Source of the DNA: Salinivirgaceae bacterium
Lineage (GTDB): Bacteria; Bacteroidota; Bacteroidia; Bacteroidales; SZUA-534
Length of the DNA: 17,928 bases
Assembly: GCA_024405635.1 (NCBI GenBank)
Contig: JAKSOL010000033.1
Location: forward strand, 1 to 17,928
Reading direction: 5' to 3'
How positions within the stretch are numbered: position 1 is the stretch's first letter; each line of letters starts with the position of its first letter. The translations under genes were made by a program, and so were the position numbers. The notes below the pieces were generated by a model. That model made no database searches, was not told where the DNA came from, and worked only from the letters and a program-made list of their open reading frames with translations. This document shows positions 15,633 to 17,928 of this stretch, in pieces.

Positions 15633-17928
15633 ATGACGAAAACACTTACAAGTTTTCGATTGCTACGTGCAATCCTAATCATGCTGGTGTTGGCTATGTT
15701 TGTTCCCGCAAGGGCTGCAATAGACATCACAGCCTCGCAACCAGCCAATGGTACGGGTACAACAGCCGACCCATACCAAATTGGTACTCCTGGCGAACTT
15801 TATTGGTTTGCCGAGCAGGTTAACAATGGACAAAACACAATCAGCGCCAAGTTGACTGCCGACATTGTGGTTAACGAGAATGTGCTGAAAGCAGAAACTT
15901 TTGACTTGAACGGCACACCTTCAAGAAGCTGGACTCCAATTGGAAAATCTGGCAACAACTTTAAAGGTACATTTGATGGCAATGGCCACACCATTAGCGG
16001 TTTGTATTTCAAAAATACAACCAATTCTAATTATCCTGCTGGTGGTAAATATATCGGCCTTATAGGTTATGCCTATGGTGCCACCATTAAGAATGTAGTG
16101 GTTAAGGACTCTTACCTCTATGGTTACCAATTCGTAGCAGGCATTTGCGGATATGCTGGTGGTTCAACCAAAATAACCAACTGCGGATATGAGGGGTATG
16201 TATATGGCAGTGGTTATTATGCTTGCGGCATTGCCTACAACTATTCTGCTACAGTTGAGAATTGCTATAGCGTGTCGAATGAGACTTTGGCAGATAATGC
16301 AACCACCAACTGCTACCACGATAATACCAAATACACAGAGTCAACCACAGCAAGCACTGGCAAGCCAAGCGAAGCCTTTGCAAGTGGCGAGGTGGCATTC
16401 TTGTTAGGTGAAGGTTGGGGCCAGAAAATTGGTACTGATGTATTGCCTATACCTGGCAGCGACAAGGTTTATAAGAACACCTACTCAGGCGAATGCCCTG
16501 GTGTGGTTTATAGCAATGATGTGGACGAACATGGTGTAGTTACCGAACGTAACCACAATTGCAATGAAGAAGGTGCATGTACGCAATGTGGTTTTTATTT
16601 TATTTCAACAGCCGACCAGTTGTATGCCTTTGCAGCAAAAGTAAATGCAGGTGGAACAACACTCTGTGCCAAGTTGACTGCCGACATTGTGGTTAACGAG
16701 AATGTGCTGAAAGCAGAAACTTTTGACTTGAACGGCACACCTTCAAGAAGCTGGACTCCAATTGGAAAATCTGGCAACAACTTTAAAGGTACATTTGATG
16801 GCAATGGCCACACCATTAGCGGTTTGTATTTCAACAATACAACCAATTCTAATTATCCTGCTGGTGGTAGTTTAATCGGCCTTATAGGTTGGGCCAATGG
16901 TGCCGCCATTAAGAATGTAGTGGTTAAGGACTCTTACCTCCGTGGTTACAACTACGTATCAGGCATTTGCGGATATGCTAATGGTTCAACCCAAATAACC
17001 AACTGCGGATATGAGGGGTATGTATATGGCTCTAGTTATGCTTACGGCATTGCCTGCAACTATTCTGCTACAGTTAAGAATTGCTATAGCGTGTCGAATA
17101 AGCCTTTGTCAAATAAGGCAACCACCAACTGCTACCACGATAATAACAAATACACAGAGTCAACCACAGCTAGCACTGGCAAGCCAAGCGCAGCCTTTGC
17201 AAGTGGCGAGGTGGCTTGGTTGTTAGGAGATGCTTGGGGTCAGAAAATTGGTACTGATGTATTGCCTATACCTGGCGGCGACAAGGTGTATGCAACAGCC
17301 CTTTGTCCTCACGCTATTGGCGGCAGCAACACGCCTAGTGATTATATTCCAATTACAGACGGACCAGAACACTACGACTCTGATGGCTATTGTGAAGTAT
17401 GTGGCGCAGGACAACCAGCTACTCTTGTCGATGGTTACTACGAGATTGACAATGTAAGTAAATTATATTGGTTTGCCAATCAGGTTAACAATGGACAAAA
17501 CACAATCAGCGCCAAGTTGACTGCCGACATTGTGGTTAACGAGAATGTGCTGAAAGCAGAAACTTTTGACTTGAACGGCACACCTTCAAGAAGCTGGACT
17601 CCAATTGGAAAATCTGGCAACAACTTTAAAGGTACATTTGATGGCAATGGCCACACCATTAGCGGTTTGTATTTCAATAATACAAGCAGTAGTAATTATC
17701 CAGAAGGTGGTCAATATATCGGTCTTATAGGTTGTGCCTATGGTGCCACCATTAAAAATGTAGTGGTTAAGGACTCGTACCTCCGTGGTTACGACGACGT
17801 AGCAGGCATTTGCGGATATGCTTATGGTTCAACCCAAATAACCAACTGCGGATATGAGGGGTATGTATATAGTTCTAGTTATGCTTACGGCATTGCCTAC
17901 AACTATTCTGCTACAGTTGAGAATTGCT
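15633..17928 (+). CDS. Large secreted GLUG-motif / beta-helix tandem-repeat surface protein (3'-truncated by window)
   Basis: The frame is open from ATG 15633 to the window end (>=765 codons). Signal peptide MTKTLTSFRLLRAILIMLVLAMFVPARA. GLUG-family hallmarks GTGTTADPYQI, WTPIG, FKGTFDGNGHTISGL, IGLIG/VAGICG, ITNC/VENCY and FASGEVA. It is absent from the ORF track because no stop codon falls in the window. Confidence 0.88.
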   Translation, partial: MTKTLTSFRLLRAILIMLVLAMFVPARAAIDITASQPANGTGTTADPYQIGTPGELYWFAEQVNNGQNTISAKLTADIVVNENVLKAETFDLNGTPSRSWTPIGKSGNNFKGTFDGNGHTISGLYFKNTTNSNYPAGGKYIGLIGYAYGATIKNVVVKDSYLYGYQFVAGICGYAGGSTKITNCGYEGYVYGSGYYACGIAYNYSATVENCYSVSNETLADNATTNCYHDNTKYTESTTASTGKPSEAFASGEVAFLLGEGWGQKIGTDVLPIPGSDKVYKNTYSGECPGVVYSNDVDEHGVVTERNHNCNEEGACTQCGFYFISTADQLYAFAAKVNAGGTTLCAKLTADIVVNENVLKAETFDLNGTPSRSWTPIGKSGNNFKGTFDGNGHTISGLYFNNTTNSNYPAGGSLIGLIGWANGAAIKNVVVKDSYLRGYNYVSGICGYANGSTQITNCGYEGYVYGSSYAYGIACNYSATVKNCYSVSNKPLSNKATTNCYHDNNKYTESTTASTGKPSAAFASGEVAWLLGDAWGQKIGTDVLPIPGGDKVYATALCPHAIGGSNTPSDYIPITDGPEHYDSDGYCEVCGAGQPATLVDGYYEIDNVSKLYWFANQVNNGQNTISAKLTADIVVNENVLKAETFDLNGTPSRSWTPIGKSGNNFKGTFDGNGHTISGLYFNNTSSSNYPEGGQYIGLIGCAYGATIKNVVVKDSYLRGYDDVAGICGYAYGSTQITNCGYEGYVYSSSYAYGIAYNYSATVENC
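15801..16468 (+). repeat. Intragenic repeat unit, copy 1
   Basis: Homologous to 16668-17288 (offset 822) and 17466-17928 (offset 1665). 15846-16012 is identical in all three copies. Confidence 0.95.
16668..17288 (+). repeat. Intragenic repeat unit, copy 2
   Basis: Begins GCCAAGTTGACTGCCGAC. Identical to copy 1 over 16668-16834, then shows point differences and a 3-nt deletion. Confidence 0.95.
17466..17928 (+). repeat. Intragenic repeat unit, copy 3 (truncated by window)
   Basis: Begins TATTGGTTTGCC as copy 1 does. The identical block spans 17511-17677, offset 843 from copy 2. Confidence 0.95.

Noticed and set aside
15800-17677. Repeated short ORFs in the track (15800-16024, 16595-16846, 17480-17677 on minus; 16189-16407, 17011-17226 on plus)
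   Set aside because: These are antisense or off-frame shadows of the repeats within the long plus-strand gene starting at 15633.
15801-17928. CRISPR array or IS-derived repeats
   Set aside because: The units are 822/843 nt, in frame and protein-coding. There is no short repeat-spacer pattern, transposase or terminal inverted repeat.
15633-17928. A complete diversity-generating retroelement in this window
   Set aside because: No reverse transcriptase, accessory gene or non-coding template is present, and no copy is consistently A at the variable sites. It is kept only as a testable hypothesis.

Overview
Bacteroidota (Bacteroidales-like) chromosomal window. Evidence for the taxon: TAnnTTTG promoter elements, A-rich translation starts without SD sequences, and the gene content. 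The left 12 kb is mostly housekeeping: yidC, a 1597-aa DnaE with an N-terminal DEDDh exonuclease fused to it, trxA, an SH3-NlpC/P60 peptidase, Nif3/YqfO, a C4 zinc-ribbon coiled-coil protein and a TPR protein. The right end is accessory. A TPR-sensor LytS-type kinase and LytTR regulator (minus strand) sit divergently from a large secreted GLUG-type beta-helix protein that starts at 15633, runs off the window and is missing from the ORF track. That protein is built from ~275-aa tandem units joined by C/H/CxxC linkers. Each unit has a 167-nt block identical across copies, followed by a region whose differences are almost all non-synonymous and fall at equivalent rung positions. Other unannotated items are a two-state RNA structure at ~177-390, a 32-aa membrane microprotein downstream of the NlpC/P60 gene, and 21-bp-period LytTR-like boxes.
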